DNA of 56,130 nucleotides from a virus (Duplodnaviria > Caudoviricetes): positions 1 to 56,130 of IMG/VR virus record IMGVR_UViG_3300029985_000050, one strand, 5' to 3'. Numbering within the stretch: position 1 is the first letter of the stretch; each line of letters begins with the position of its first letter. The position numbers and the translations under genes are program-made. The notes beneath the pieces are model-generated. The model made no database searches. It worked only from the letters and a program-made list of their open reading frames with translations, and was not told where the DNA came from. Of this stretch, positions 7,966 through 17,217 are shown in pieces.

Positions 7966-9276
7966 TCAAGAGTACATCACACGGGCGGTCTTCTCCTCCT
8001 CGGGGAAGAACACCTCGCGCAGGAGAGAGGCGGCGGAGTCCGGCACGTCGTCGGGCTCGGCGTCCTCGGTGTAGTCCGCGATCTGCATCATCGCCTCCGG
8101 GTCGGAGTCGTTCGCCCAGACGATCTGGTGCCAGTGGTGGCCCAGATAGTCGTGGATCTTCTCGTGCTTCTTCTGGCTCTCGTGGTAGGACTCGCATACG
8201 AGCCAACGCTCCTCCTCGAACGTCTCGAACACGCGGGCCAGCATGCCCTTGTCGGAATTCGTCTCCAGGTGGAGCTCGTGGCAACCGCGCCGCTCCAGCT
8301 CCACCATGATGGCGGGCTTGGCCTTCTCAGCCGAGCAGGCCCACTTCTTGACGAACAGCTGGAGGCGTCCGTCCTCCCGATTCGACCCGATGGTGAGGGC
8401 CGTGGTGTCTCGTCCCCCGTAGGCGGCGTCCAGCTGGGCGACCTTGCGGAAGTTGTTCTGCTGCCAGGGTCCCATCACGGGGTTCTGGAACTCCATGTCG
8501 TCGGCGTTGACGTGCTCGAGTTCGTAGTTGGCCGCCCACATGGCCTTGGTCATGGTGGCTTTTTTCAACTCGATCTCTTCGGGGGAAAGGATCCCGGTCG
8601 AGAAGACGTCGAACTTCATGGGGTTGATGCCCATCCCCTTCAGCATCTCCCAGGCATCTTCCTTGTGCCACGGGGTCCCGACCACACGGGCGAAGCGCCC
8701 TGGGTCCAAGATGTTCGTCAGGATTTCCTGCAGGTTCGCACGCGTGCTCTCCCGCTTGGCCCTGGAGTACCGGTCCTTCATCGAGATGGCGTCGTCCACG
8801 AGGATCGTGTCGTAGTGGGAGCCGACGGGGACGGTGTCGATACCGTAGGCGTCGAGGCTTCCTTCCTTCGTGATGGATCCCTTGAAGTTGAACGTGAGCC
8901 GCCCGTCGCGGTTCACGATCTTCTCCGGGTAGAACCCGTGGAAGGCGCGGAACAGCTCCTGGATCAACTCGTGCTCCATGTAGAGCCCGATGGTCTTCAG
9001 GGAGTCGTTGGCGACGGACCATGTCTCCCGCACCAGCGCGACGCGGTCGTCGGGGTGGAGGAGGAAGTTCCGGATGGAGCCGATTTCGGTGACGGCGGTC
9101 GTCTTGTACGCGCCACGATGGGCCTGGATCGCCGTGTGCGTCTGGGGGTCCCAGACGGACTTGATCCAGTCCGAGTGCATGGGGGTGAGCTTCTTCTTGC
9201 CGACCAGGTGGCCGATCAGGTGTGGGTATTTCCCAAGGCGGCGGAGCTGGTCAGGCGAGTAGAAGTCGCATCTCAA
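7966..9276 (-). CDS. terL: Terminase large subunit
   Basis: Walker A-like HRGAYKTT, Walker B ILVDD, VGTPWHKED, nuclease QLDAAYGGRD...PDDVPD. Confidence 0.88.
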   Translation of the reverse strand: MRCDFYSPDQLRRLGKYPHLIGHLVGKKKLTPMHSDWIKSVWDPQTHTAIQAHRGAYKTTAVTEIGSIRNFLLHPDDRVALVRETWSVANDSLKTIGLYMEHELIQELFRAFHGFYPEKIVNRDGRLTFNFKGSITKEGSLDAYGIDTVPVGSHYDTILVDDAISMKDRYSRAKRESTRANLQEILTNILDPGRFARVVGTPWHKEDAWEMLKGMGINPMKFDVFSTGILSPEEIELKKATMTKAMWAANYELEHVNADDMEFQNPVMGPWQQNNFRKVAQLDAAYGGRDTTALTIGSNREDGRLQLFVKKWACSAEKAKPAIMVELERRGCHELHLETNSDKGMLARVFETFEEERWLVCESYHESQKKHEKIHDYLGHHWHQIVWANDSDPEAMMQIADYTEDAEPDDVPDSAASLLREVFFPEEEKTARVMYS

Positions 9277-9809
9277 GGGAGGGATCCGGCTTCGGAGAAG
9301 ATCTGGCTTGCTTCACGGCGAGCCTCGTCGGAAACTCCACGGGCACGGCCAGCGTCCTCGCCGCGGTACTTCGCTCGGTTCGCCTTCAGAACTTCCTTGA
9401 GCAGACCACCGTCGTAGCGGGTGACGTAGCCAGCGAGTCCGCCGTCCTTGGTGAACACCGGCTCGTCCCACCCGAGGATCCCGCGCTTGAAGGCGGCGTC
9501 TTCTGCGACGTCGATTCCGATGTCCCATGCCTGGGAGAGCTTGAGGGAGAATTCGGGGTCCGCCTCGGCTTTGGCTCGGACATCCTGCGGGGTGAGGGCA
9601 GTTCCTTTGAGCGCGTCCTCGCGGATCGGCATCTCGGAAAGCTGGCGAAGGTACAAATCGAAGCCGGTGGGCTTGGTTGGGGGCGGTGTCTTTGCGGGCG
9701 CGATGGGGGCGGGGCTCGCGGCAGGCGCCGGAGACGGGGTGGGCTCGGAAGACTTTTTCCTGGGAGGTGCCACGAGAAAGAGCGTACTTTGGCACGGCAA
9801 ATTTGTCAA
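9273..9809 (-). CDS. Putative terminase small subunit (start uncertain)
   Basis: 4-bp overlap upstream of terL; GWDEPVF..G..RYDGGLL..LKA..KYR pattern. Confidence 0.65.
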   Translation of the reverse strand: MTNLPCQSTLFLVAPPRKKSSEPTPSPAPAASPAPIAPAKTPPPTKPTGFDLYLRQLSEMPIREDALKGTALTPQDVRAKAEADPEFSLKLSQAWDIGIDVAEDAAFKRGILGWDEPVFTKDGGLAGYVTRYDGGLLKEVLKANRAKYRGEDAGRARGVSDEARREASQIFSEAGSLP

Positions 9810-9942
9810 GCGAATACTGTGCCGGGTTTGAAGTAGGTTTCTTAGGTCGGTTTTCTGATTTTGTGGGAAATGGGCGATTCACTCGGGAGTGAATTCTGGG
9901 TACAAGGTGAAGATGGTCGGCGGCTCGTTGATCGCTGGAACC

Positions 9943-10003
9943 TGGATCTTTGGTCGCTGGTGCTTGGACGCTGGTGCTTGGATCTTTGGTCGCTGGTGCT
10001 TGG
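9943..10003. repeat. 25-bp direct repeat x2 (CGCTGGTGCTTGG core x3)
   Basis: TGGATCTTTGGTCGCTGGTGCTTGG at 9943 and 9979. Confidence 0.85.
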
Positions 10004-10121
10004 CTCTTTGGTTAGAAACCTAAGTTCTTTGGCATTAGTTGGTTTGTGGTTTTGGAGGTGGTGAGCAGGACCCTACATTCCAAAGGCCAAACCACCTGAT
10101 TGTTTCACGCGTGGAACAATG

Positions 10122-10208
10122 ATTCCGACCCCTATTCCGACCCCTATTCCGACCCCTATTCCGACCCCTATTCCGACCCCTATTCCGACCCCTATTCCGA
10201 CCCCTATT
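10122..10208. repeat. 12-bp tandem repeat ATTCCGACCCCT x7
   Basis: Directly visible, perfect copies. Confidence 0.97.
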
Positions 10209-10301
10209 GCCTAATGCATTGTGACAGATTCCGTCGGCGCCTCCCTCTCATCGGCACGCCTCTTGCGTCGCGCGTGCTCTACCTGCCCACCATTGCGCCC
10301 T

Positions 10302-10340
10302 TGCCCTCATGCCCTCATGCCCTCATGCCCTCATGCCCTC
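10302..10340. repeat. 8-bp tandem repeat TGCCCTCA, about 5 copies
   Basis: Directly visible. Confidence 0.95.
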
Positions 10341-10345
10341 CTCAA

Positions 10346-10413
10346 AAGAGATTTCGTCTCAAGTACGGTTTCGTTAGGTTTCCGCGGATCGCGAACCTAT
10401 GTTGCTAACATGA
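10346..10413 (+). promoter_or_regulatory. Duplicated early promoter/operator element, copy 1
   Basis: AAGAGATTTCGTCTCAAGTA..TTAGGTTTC..GGATCG.GAAC.TA..TT....ACATGA shared with 11124-11191. Confidence 0.55.
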
Positions 10414-10589
10414 ACAACACGAGCAACAAGACCCGCGCCCGCACGGCAACCTACTACTACCTCTGCAGGACCTCGGAGTCTGGCCTCGTGGAGTATATCT
10501 ACTGCGGCACCTCACGCCTCGCTGCTCTGGAGTCGTTGCGATTCAACGCTGCACATAGTTCCGCGGTCTTCGAAATCGTTATCGCCTAA
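10410..10589 (+). CDS. Small hypothetical protein, possibly leaderless
   Basis: ATG directly after a -10-like TATGTT. Confidence 0.45.
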   Translation: MNNTSNKTRARTATYYYLCRTSESGLVEYIYCGTSRLAALESLRFNAAHSSAVFEIVIA

Positions 10590-10618
10590 CCTCTCACCAA
10601 ACAATCAGGAGCTCCAAA

Positions 10619-11125
10619 ATGTTCGCCTTCCTCCCTCTCGTTGCTCTCCTCGCCACTCTTGGTATCTCGACGCGCTACGCGACCCCTACCGTGCGCATCG
10701 ACTCGACGCGCGGCCTCCCCGATTACGAGGCACAGTGCGCTATCTACCTCGAGGATTCCCTCGCCGACGTCGCGGAGCTCGATCCTCCCGACTCCGTCGC
10801 CTGCAGTACTGCGATCGACACCGTCGGCGACCCAGGTTCAGATGTTTCCCTCCTCTCTTCCTGCCATACCATCGATCCGTCCGACTGGCCCTGGGCCAGC
10901 GTCCAGGCCGTGAACGATTCCGCGGCCGCACATGTCCGCGCCTTGCTTACCGATTCCGCGGAGCTCCCCGCGGAGTCCGTGCGACGCCTCCACGAAATGG
11001 AGTCCACCATCCGCCCCCTTTCCGTCCTCCCGACTCCCACCCTTGTCCAGGTTGCGACCCGCGGAAACGTCGCCGAACCAGCCCGCGCGGCAACATGCTA
11101 CATCGGCCTGGATTGTCCGGAATAA
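10619..11125 (+). CDS. Exported or membrane-anchored hypothetical protein
   Basis: AGGAG RBS; hydrophobic N-terminus MFAFLPLVALLATLGI. Confidence 0.7.
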   Translation: MFAFLPLVALLATLGISTRYATPTVRIDSTRGLPDYEAQCAIYLEDSLADVAELDPPDSVACSTAIDTVGDPGSDVSLLSSCHTIDPSDWPWASVQAVNDSAAAHVRALLTDSAELPAESVRRLHEMESTIRPLSVLPTPTLVQVATRGNVAEPARAATCYIGLDCPE

Positions 11126-11191
11126 GAGATTTCGTCTCAAGTAAGAAATTATTAGGTTTCTTGGGATCGGGAACGTAGATTAGTTACATGA
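11124..11191 (+). promoter_or_regulatory. Duplicated early promoter/operator element, copy 2
   Basis: 20-bp exact match to 10346-10365 plus conserved downstream blocks. Confidence 0.55.
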
Positions 11192-11322
11192 GGCCAGCTA
11201 AACCAGGTCTCTCAAACAACCGGAGAAAAGACAATGGACCTCTTGACCGCGTACAACACTCTCGCACAGATCGCCGGATCCGGCGTTGTCGCCTCTCTCA
11301 TCCTCGCTTTTTGGGTCGTCAG

Positions 11323-11595
11323 GTGAACGCCCCAACCTTTTCCGCTGGCTTCACCACCGCCCACCTGCACCAGTTCCCGTCCGGAACATGGGGTCTCGTT
11401 GGTCGCGTTCCGTTGTCGATGAAGTACGCCACGACGGATCCGGAAATTCTCGCCGCTATCCACGAGAAAGCGAAATTCGGCGCCACCTTCGGAGATTCCG
11501 AAGCAAAGCGCCGCGGAATCGCCCGCCTTTCCTTCAAAACTGCGGATGAAGTGCTGGCCCGCGCGGCCGCCCTCGGAATCCAGGTGCAGGAATGA
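11323..11595 (+). CDS. Hypothetical early protein
   Basis: GTG start overlapping the stop of a 30-aa hydrophobic ORF (11234-11326). Confidence 0.55.
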   Translation: MNAPTFSAGFTTAHLHQFPSGTWGLVGRVPLSMKYATTDPEILAAIHEKAKFGATFGDSEAKRRGIARLSFKTADEVLARAAALGIQVQE

Positions 11596-11861
11596 GTGCC
11601 GCGGTCAAAACCTACCTCCTAAAAATCCGTGCGCACGAGACACATTGCCCGATGATTCAGGTCGACGTCTACAACGGTCGCCGAAAAATCGCGGCAATGA
11701 CTCATCGTGACGGATGCCCTGATCGCGGGGTCACACTGTACCCAGCTAGAATCGGAAAATGGTTTCCGACCAAATCCGCGGCCCTGGAGTTCATCCGCGC
11801 GAACGAGGAGAACTACCTCTCGTGCATGGGCGGATCCGTTGTCGTGGAGTACGCCAAATGA
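11592..11861 (+). CDS. Hypothetical early protein
   Basis: ATGA overlap, RBS. Confidence 0.6.
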   Translation: MSAAVKTYLLKIRAHETHCPMIQVDVYNGRRKIAAMTHRDGCPDRGVTLYPARIGKWFPTKSAALEFIRANEENYLSCMGGSVVVEYAK

Positions 11862-12091
11862 TCGCGGCGCCGGTCACGATCTCCCCGGAAGGCCTTATCT
11901 TCCGTGCAGTCGAATCCTACTCGGTGCGGACCAGGGATCCGTCCCGAGGATGGATTAACCATGCCCCGCGTCTCAACGGATACGTGCGACACGGTGTACC
12001 GATCGCAAAAATCTACGCGGGCCCGATGGAGGCAAATTTGCGCGCGGCCTTTGCGCGAATCATCCCCTGGGATGATCTGGTTTCCCGATGA
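11858..12091 (+). CDS. Hypothetical early protein
   Basis: ATGA overlap, GGAG RBS. Confidence 0.5.
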   Translation: MIAAPVTISPEGLIFRAVESYSVRTRDPSRGWINHAPRLNGYVRHGVPIAKIYAGPMEANLRAAFARIIPWDDLVSR

Positions 12092-12218
12092 TCCCCGCGG
12101 CACCTTTGCCAGATATGGCGACCTGGATTTTCAAGCCCCGATTGTCCGCACGATTCTACGCGGCCGTTCGGGAAATCAACGCAACGACAAAAAACGACCT
12201 GAAAGAGGAGCACTGAAA

Positions 12219-12455
12219 ATGAAAACCAACGTAGGTGTGAAAACTCATCCGATCGGGAATATGGGCTACCTCCATTTTTGGTACGCAAACAACAAATCCC
12301 GCGGCACCAAAAATGTGACCGTCGTCTGGTCGCTGGAAAAATCTCGCACGCCGCTGGCCAGGCAACAGGTCGCCCAGGTTGCGACGACGAGGACGTGTGG
12401 GTGGCATGGAAATGTCAACCTGTCCAAAAAAGTGCTCGCCGAATTGGGTTTGTAG
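12219..12455 (+). CDS. Hypothetical early protein
   Basis: GAGGAG RBS. Confidence 0.6.
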   Translation: MKTNVGVKTHPIGNMGYLHFWYANNKSRGTKNVTVVWSLEKSRTPLARQQVAQVATTRTCGWHGNVNLSKKVLAELGL

Positions 12456-12599
12456 CCCGATTCCCGTCAATTTGAGGCACCTTCCCGGGCTTTTCAGAGC
12501 CCACCCCGTGTCCACCACGCCTAGCGACCGATTCTAGGGCGCCCCTAGGGCGATTGTGGGGCATTCGCACCAAACCACGAAAAACAGAAAGAACACCCC

Positions 12600-12854
12600 T
12601 TGAAAATCTCGAATCTTTTGCTTGTCGTTGCCCTCCTCTCCACCGTCGCCCTCGCCAAAAAGGACCTCCAAACGGTCGACGTGAACCATGCTCCGGCCGA
12701 CTCTTTGGCGGCGCACCTTCCGGGGGTTGGCCCCGCGATCGCACAACGGATCGTGGAGGGTCGGCCGTACAAAACCTGTCAAGATCTGTCCTCCACGGTT
12801 TCGGGGATCGGCACGAAGAAACTGGACAAGATCTGCCCTCTCCTCACGTTTTGA
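12600..12854 (+). CDS. ComEA-like helix-hairpin-helix DNA-binding protein with signal peptide
   Basis: Signal ..LLLVVALLSTVALA; VDVNHA...LPGVGPAIAQRIVEGRPY...VSGIGTKKLDKI double HhH. Confidence 0.85.
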   Translation: MKISNLLLVVALLSTVALAKKDLQTVDVNHAPADSLAAHLPGVGPAIAQRIVEGRPYKTCQDLSSTVSGIGTKKLDKICPLLTF

Positions 12855-12878
12855 GGGTGGTATAAGTTTCTTTGTTTG

Positions 12879-12905
12879 AGGGCGGATGGGCCGCCCTTTT
12901 CTTTT
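12879..12905 (+). terminator. Rho-independent terminator
   Basis: AGGGCGG-ATGGG-CCGCCCT followed by a T-rich tract. Confidence 0.75.
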
Positions 12906-13349
12906 GCCTGGAGTGGCAGGTATGGTGCGGGTTTGGCGGCGCTGGTGGGCGGATATTGGTTATGTGTTTTGTGAGGTGAACGGCCCGGCGGCCCTTTGGT
13001 GGTCTGGGAAATTGGTTGGGGGGTAGTTGGTTATCCCTAAATCTACTCTTTAGAGATCAGAGAGAAAAAGATAAGAGTTAAAAGGTAAAATAGAGAGGAG
13101 GAAAAACGGGGCCGTTTAACCGTCTAGACCACCTTGCACCTACAAACCCTTTGCCCATGCCGATTACCTGCCAAACAAACCTCCATTTTTATTATCTGTT
13201 ATCCCATACCTAAGGGCTTCGCCACTAACACCTATCGCACTCTCCACAAAATCCACCTAGTTTCGTGTTGACTCTTAAAGCCTTAAACACTATACTCCAC
13301 CTGCCAAACCTCGCCCCAGCGGGAGACGGCACTTAAACTCAACAGATAG

Positions 13350-14489
13350 GTGGTAGACAAAATGTGTCCACGAAAGAAAAAGGAACTCACAAACTCATTC
13401 CGGCCCGGGTTCAATCCGGAATTCGATAATGTTGATTCCAAACCTGCACAATTCCGGAAGATCCCTGAAACCGCGCGCGCGGTTCTTTTGTCCGTTGCGT
13501 CGACCCGTGGGGGTGCCTTTCGGTTCCTTTGGGGGTCTCGGAATTCCCCGGCGTGCGAGCTCTTTTCAGGGGGCGAAAGGTTCGACCCGGATCCCTTTTT
13601 CGATGCCCTTCCCCCGTTGAGCAACCCGGATGGGGTGGTGGACTATCCTACCCGCTGTCAGATTCTGCATGATCGTTTGGGGGTGCCGATTCGCGCGGAG
13701 CGTCGGACGTACTTAGGGGGCGCCCGCGGCCTGTCCAAGTACTTGGAACCCGTGGCCCTCGTGAACATCCTGGACAGGATCCAAGAGGGTGGTACGGTGG
13801 TCGACCCCCGGGAATTCGGGTTTTCCCTCGTGGGTGCCGGGGGCAAGGGTAGCCGTGGGGCCCTGCCCCTGCATATGGGGTTCATCACCCCCCATCTACG
13901 GAAACGAAACGCGGGAATCCGTGGGTTCACTTGTTCGGAATCCGTGGGGGTAGCTCTGGATCGCCTCCACGGCGCCGTCGTGCGAATGCGTGCGGATTTC
14001 AAGGATACGCGAATGCAAGGGGTGTACTCCTGGGAGGGCGCTTCCAAGGGGGCAAGGGTCCCGGAGGAATATCTCCTTGGTCTGAAACTATCCCCGGAGG
14101 TGTGGATCCGTCGTCGTATCGCCCGCCGATCGTCCGTCCTCTCCCTCTCCATCTTCGGCACCCGGCAATTGCAAAGCGGAAAATGGGAGGCGGTAGACCT
14201 CACGGCCCCCGCCGCGCTCCTGGCCACGGGAACGGACAACGCTGGGCCGGCATGGCGCCGTGCGGTCTACTTGGTGAACCGCGGCGATGGGTACGAGTGG
14301 GTCCTCCTCCACCCCGCCCACGACAACTACCCCACGGAGGTTTCAGGCGTCCCCGGCGTTGAGTACGAGGGGTCGCCCGCCCGGTCGCTGGTCTCCTCCC
14401 TCCGGACGTTGTGGGACGACGGCGACAAGGTGAAAATTCGATGGATCCGGGACGACAAGCCGTTGACGGACGCCGGAGAGGTGCGGTAA
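13350..14489 (+). CDS. Hypothetical protein (379 aa)
   Basis: Long ORF co-oriented with neighbours; no motif recognised. Confidence 0.6.
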   Translation: MVDKMCPRKKKELTNSFRPGFNPEFDNVDSKPAQFRKIPETARAVLLSVASTRGGAFRFLWGSRNSPACELFSGGERFDPDPFFDALPPLSNPDGVVDYPTRCQILHDRLGVPIRAERRTYLGGARGLSKYLEPVALVNILDRIQEGGTVVDPREFGFSLVGAGGKGSRGALPLHMGFITPHLRKRNAGIRGFTCSESVGVALDRLHGAVVRMRADFKDTRMQGVYSWEGASKGARVPEEYLLGLKLSPEVWIRRRIARRSSVLSLSIFGTRQLQSGKWEAVDLTAPAALLATGTDNAGPAWRRAVYLVNRGDGYEWVLLHPAHDNYPTEVSGVPGVEYEGSPARSLVSSLRTLWDDGDKVKIRWIRDDKPLTDAGEVR

Positions 14490-14532
14490 CTCCACCAGCT
14501 GAAAACTTTTTTGCCTTTCTTCACCCCACCTC

Positions 14533-14561
14533 TTGACTTCCTAACATAGATTGCTTAGATT
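14533..14561 (+). promoter_or_regulatory. Sigma70-type promoter
   Basis: TTGACT-17 bp-TAGATT. Confidence 0.7.
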
Positions 14562-14617
14562 ACTAGACATGAGGCCAGGCGATCCCGCCCACGGCCCGAA
14601 ACAATCGGAGCGAAACA

Positions 14618-14968
14618 ATGTCGACCAAACCCACAAAAGCAGAAGTTGAAGAGCAGAAGGAACTGCTAAAAAGCTGGTTCCCGAAGGGCTCCACCGTATA
14701 CACTGTTCTTCGCCACGTTTCGGCGTCCGGCATGCAGCGGGAAATCGGGGTTGTCGCGATCCTTCCCCAGGATCCCGGAAACCCCGGATCGGGCGCCGAC
14801 CTATGCCACCCGAACTACGCTGTTTCTACCGTCCTTGGTTGGGCGCGCTCCAAAGGCGACGGCGTCAAGGTCTGTGGGTGCGGGATGGATATGGGGTTCC
14901 ACCTCGTGCACGAGCTCGCCGGCGTGCTCTACGGTAACGGATATGACCTTAAGCAACGGTGGATCTGA
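14618..14968 (+). CDS. Phage hypothetical protein
   Basis: GGAG RBS; VLRHVSASGMQR and GCGMDMGFHLV motifs. Confidence 0.75.
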   Translation: MSTKPTKAEVEEQKELLKSWFPKGSTVYTVLRHVSASGMQREIGVVAILPQDPGNPGSGADLCHPNYAVSTVLGWARSKGDGVKVCGCGMDMGFHLVHELAGVLYGNGYDLKQRWI

Positions 14969-15009
14969 ACATGCGACACTTCATCTTCACCATTTCCAAG
15001 GTTTGAACC

Positions 15010-15231
15010 ATGAAAACCAAAGCGCCCACCCTGGCCACCGTGTACGGCACCTCTCCCGACCTCCCCATGATGAAATCCTTGATCGGGGACCGCTTCCTTT
15101 GTGGAACGAAAATCGAGCTCATCGCCTCCCCGTGCGGGACCTTCCACGAGGTCCACAATTCCAAGGGCCGGCTAAATATCGTGGTGGTTCGCAAGGGCGC
15201 GCGGTTCGCGTTCGGGACGGTGGCCCGATGA
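15010..15231 (+). CDS. Hypothetical protein
   Basis: Operon position. Confidence 0.55.
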   Translation: MKTKAPTLATVYGTSPDLPMMKSLIGDRFLCGTKIELIASPCGTFHEVHNSKGRLNIVVVRKGARFAFGTVAR

Positions 15232-15680
15232 GCGCCGAAAAGGACATCCTCCACGAGGTCGGCGACTACTTCGCGATCCGGTGCGGGAAGACCGTCGAGG
15301 TTCGGCACTCCCTCCCCGTCGGCGCGCTGGTGGACTCCACCTTTCCTTTCGACAAGGGCGGCATTTCCTTGGCCGTCGCCCGGGTGGACTATCTGGCCGG
15401 AACTCCCCGCGCCCAGGCTCCCCGGCGCGATCCGCACGCCTCCCCCATGAAAAACGAGGAGTGCGAGCGGATCGCCCAGGCGGCGGCGCGGGTGCCGCGG
15501 GCCGATGGAAAGCCCATGGCATCCCAGTACATTTACGGCGCGTTGGAGGCCGCGGGGCTCCTTGTGCAGGTGGTCAAGAAAGGGAACGGCGCGGAGTACT
15601 CCCGCCTGAAGTCGTCAATCAAACGGTGGGAAATCCAGGCGGTGGCCGATCGCGCCCTTTGGCTTTTCGAGCACCCATAG
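15228..15680 (+). CDS. Hypothetical protein
   Basis: ATGA overlap. Confidence 0.6.
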   Translation: MSAEKDILHEVGDYFAIRCGKTVEVRHSLPVGALVDSTFPFDKGGISLAVARVDYLAGTPRAQAPRRDPHASPMKNEECERIAQAAARVPRADGKPMASQYIYGALEAAGLLVQVVKKGNGAEYSRLKSSIKRWEIQAVADRALWLFEHP

Positions 15681-15791
15681 CGCCCCACGGGGACCGGGGC
15701 GGGTTCGATTCCAGCCCGGGCGCTTTCCCGGCCTCTCCACGGTGGAGGTGGTCGGGGTCCTTGAGAAACCAGACAATCGGAGGAGAAGACA

Positions 15792-16223
15792 ATGGAAACA
15801 GAAATCAAAATCGACGCGGCCCGTAGGCTCTACACCTGCCCCGTCGCGGGCGGGTGGTCCTCGTTCGGGTTCGATTACGCCGACCGCGACAACCGCGCGA
15901 TCCGGGAAGAGCTGAACCTACCGGCGCCGGTGGCCGTGGTCGGGACGGTGGAGGCCCTGCAGGAACTCCGCGACGCCCAGGAGGCCGTGCGCCTTTCCGG
16001 TCGCCGCCTGGAATGCGGACTCCATCCGAAGTTGCGCGGGCTCGAGGGTTCGCGCGTGGAGGCCACCCTTTACGGGGAGCGCGTCCGGTTTCAGGTCGGG
16101 AAGTCTACCGGCTGGATTCCTTGCCACCTGCAGATTCACAATTCCAGGTCCACCGGCGGCGGTTCGATTCGTCCGGACGCGGACCTCGGCGACGTGGTGG
16201 TGATTCGTAGGGGGCGGGCATGA
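15792..16223 (+). CDS. Phage hypothetical protein
   Basis: GGAGGAG RBS; FQVGKSTGWIPCHL..SRSTGG motif. Confidence 0.75.
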   Translation: METEIKIDAARRLYTCPVAGGWSSFGFDYADRDNRAIREELNLPAPVAVVGTVEALQELRDAQEAVRLSGRRLECGLHPKLRGLEGSRVEATLYGERVRFQVGKSTGWIPCHLQIHNSRSTGGGSIRPDADLGDVVVIRRGRA

Positions 16224-16405
16224 ACGCCGCGCTCGAGGGAAAAGAGCTCAACCGCGCCGCGTTGATCGCCGCCGCGCCGGACCTTTTGGAGGCGCTGGAA
16301 AAGCTGGTGGTCGCGGTGGAGGATGAACTCCCGGTGGGAGGGTCCGACGAAACCCGCGCCGCGCGTGCCGCCCTCGCAAAGGCCTGCGTGGAGGTGGCCC
16401 GATGA
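16220..16405 (+). CDS. Small phage protein (LIAAAPDLLEAL family)
   Basis: Widespread phage motif LIAAAPDLLEALE. Confidence 0.75.
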   Translation: MNAALEGKELNRAALIAAAPDLLEALEKLVVAVEDELPVGGSDETRAARAALAKACVEVAR

Positions 16406-16686
16406 GCGCCGAATTGAAGGCCTGCCGGGAGTACGGCGAAAGGGTGGCGGCCGCGGCGCTTGCCCACATGCCCGCGGCGATTTTCGGAGCCCTTCGGGAT
16501 CCCGACCGCGCGGACTCGATCCGGCGTATGGTCTACTACATCGAGGTGAATCCAGAGGCGATCCCAGGCGAACGCCACGAGCGGCGGGATTTCCTCTCGT
16601 TCCTGGTTCGAGCATACAACTACATGGGGCGCGAAACGAAGGCCGAACAGGAGGAGTCCGCGGCGCGCGCGGAGGCCAACGGATGA
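16402..16686 (+). CDS. Hypothetical protein
   Basis: GGAGG RBS, ATGA overlap. Confidence 0.65.
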   Translation: MSAELKACREYGERVAAAALAHMPAAIFGALRDPDRADSIRRMVYYIEVNPEAIPGERHERRDFLSFLVRAYNYMGRETKAEQEESAARAEANG

Positions 16687-16747
16687 GCGCCGCGCGCTGG
16701 ACTCCGGAGGCGATTTTGGCAAAGCTCGAGTCGGAAGGGGTGAAACT

Positions 16748-16996
16748 GTGAACCGCGAAACCGTCCTCAAGGAATACGCCGCGAACCTGTTCGAATCCCT
16801 CCCGGAGGATTTCAAGGGTCAAGCCCAGGGGATCCACCGGGAAATCGGTAACGGGGTGCGCCTAGCCGCGTTCTTCCGCGGGGGCGACCAGATCGCCCGC
16901 CGCGCGGCGCTCCGGTCGACCGTCCTGGACGTCCGCGCACTCCGCACGGGCGCCCGCCTGGCCAAAATGTTCGACCTCGTGGAGGTGGCCCGATGA
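16748..16996 (+). CDS. Hypothetical protein
   Basis: Translationally coupled operon gene. Confidence 0.6.
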   Translation: MNRETVLKEYAANLFESLPEDFKGQAQGIHREIGNGVRLAAFFRGGDQIARRAALRSTVLDVRALRTGARLAKMFDLVEVAR

Positions 16997-17217
16997 TCCC
17001 CGACCCGCTGCACATCAACGGGCAATCCTGGCACCACCGCGCCGAAGGGGTGGACGTCGAGGCACTGGACCACTACGCCGCGTGGGAGGCCACGCTCTTG
17101 TCCGGCGGCACCCTGGTGTACCGCCTGGTGGTGGACCAGTTCGCCGGTTTCTGGACCACCAGCGGCCCGACACCGGGCCTCGTGCTCATCGCCGTCATTC
17201 CGGAGGTGGTCCGATGA
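16993..17217 (+). CDS. Hypothetical protein
   Basis: GGAGG RBS, ATGA overlap. Confidence 0.6.
   Translation: MIPDPLHINGQSWHHRAEGVDVEALDHYAAWEATLLSGGTLVYRLVVDQFAGFWTTSGPTPGLVLIAVIPEVVR

Noticed and set aside
7150-9417. 755-aa plus-strand ORF, and similar ORFs at 18065-20224, 24008-27037, 29680-31035, 35060-36409
   Set aside because: Shadow frames opposite well-supported GC3-rich phage genes; expected at this GC content
10122-10208. Mini-CRISPR
   Set aside because: Head-to-tail repeats with no spacers
10373-10379. GTTAGGT matching the attC R' core inside the phage
   Set aside because: No upstream R'' box or hairpin; the second copy of the element reads ATTAGGT; likely chance
10100-10408. 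ORF with SDPY repeats
   Set aside because: Simply the translation of the 12-bp and 8-bp tandem repeats; no RBS
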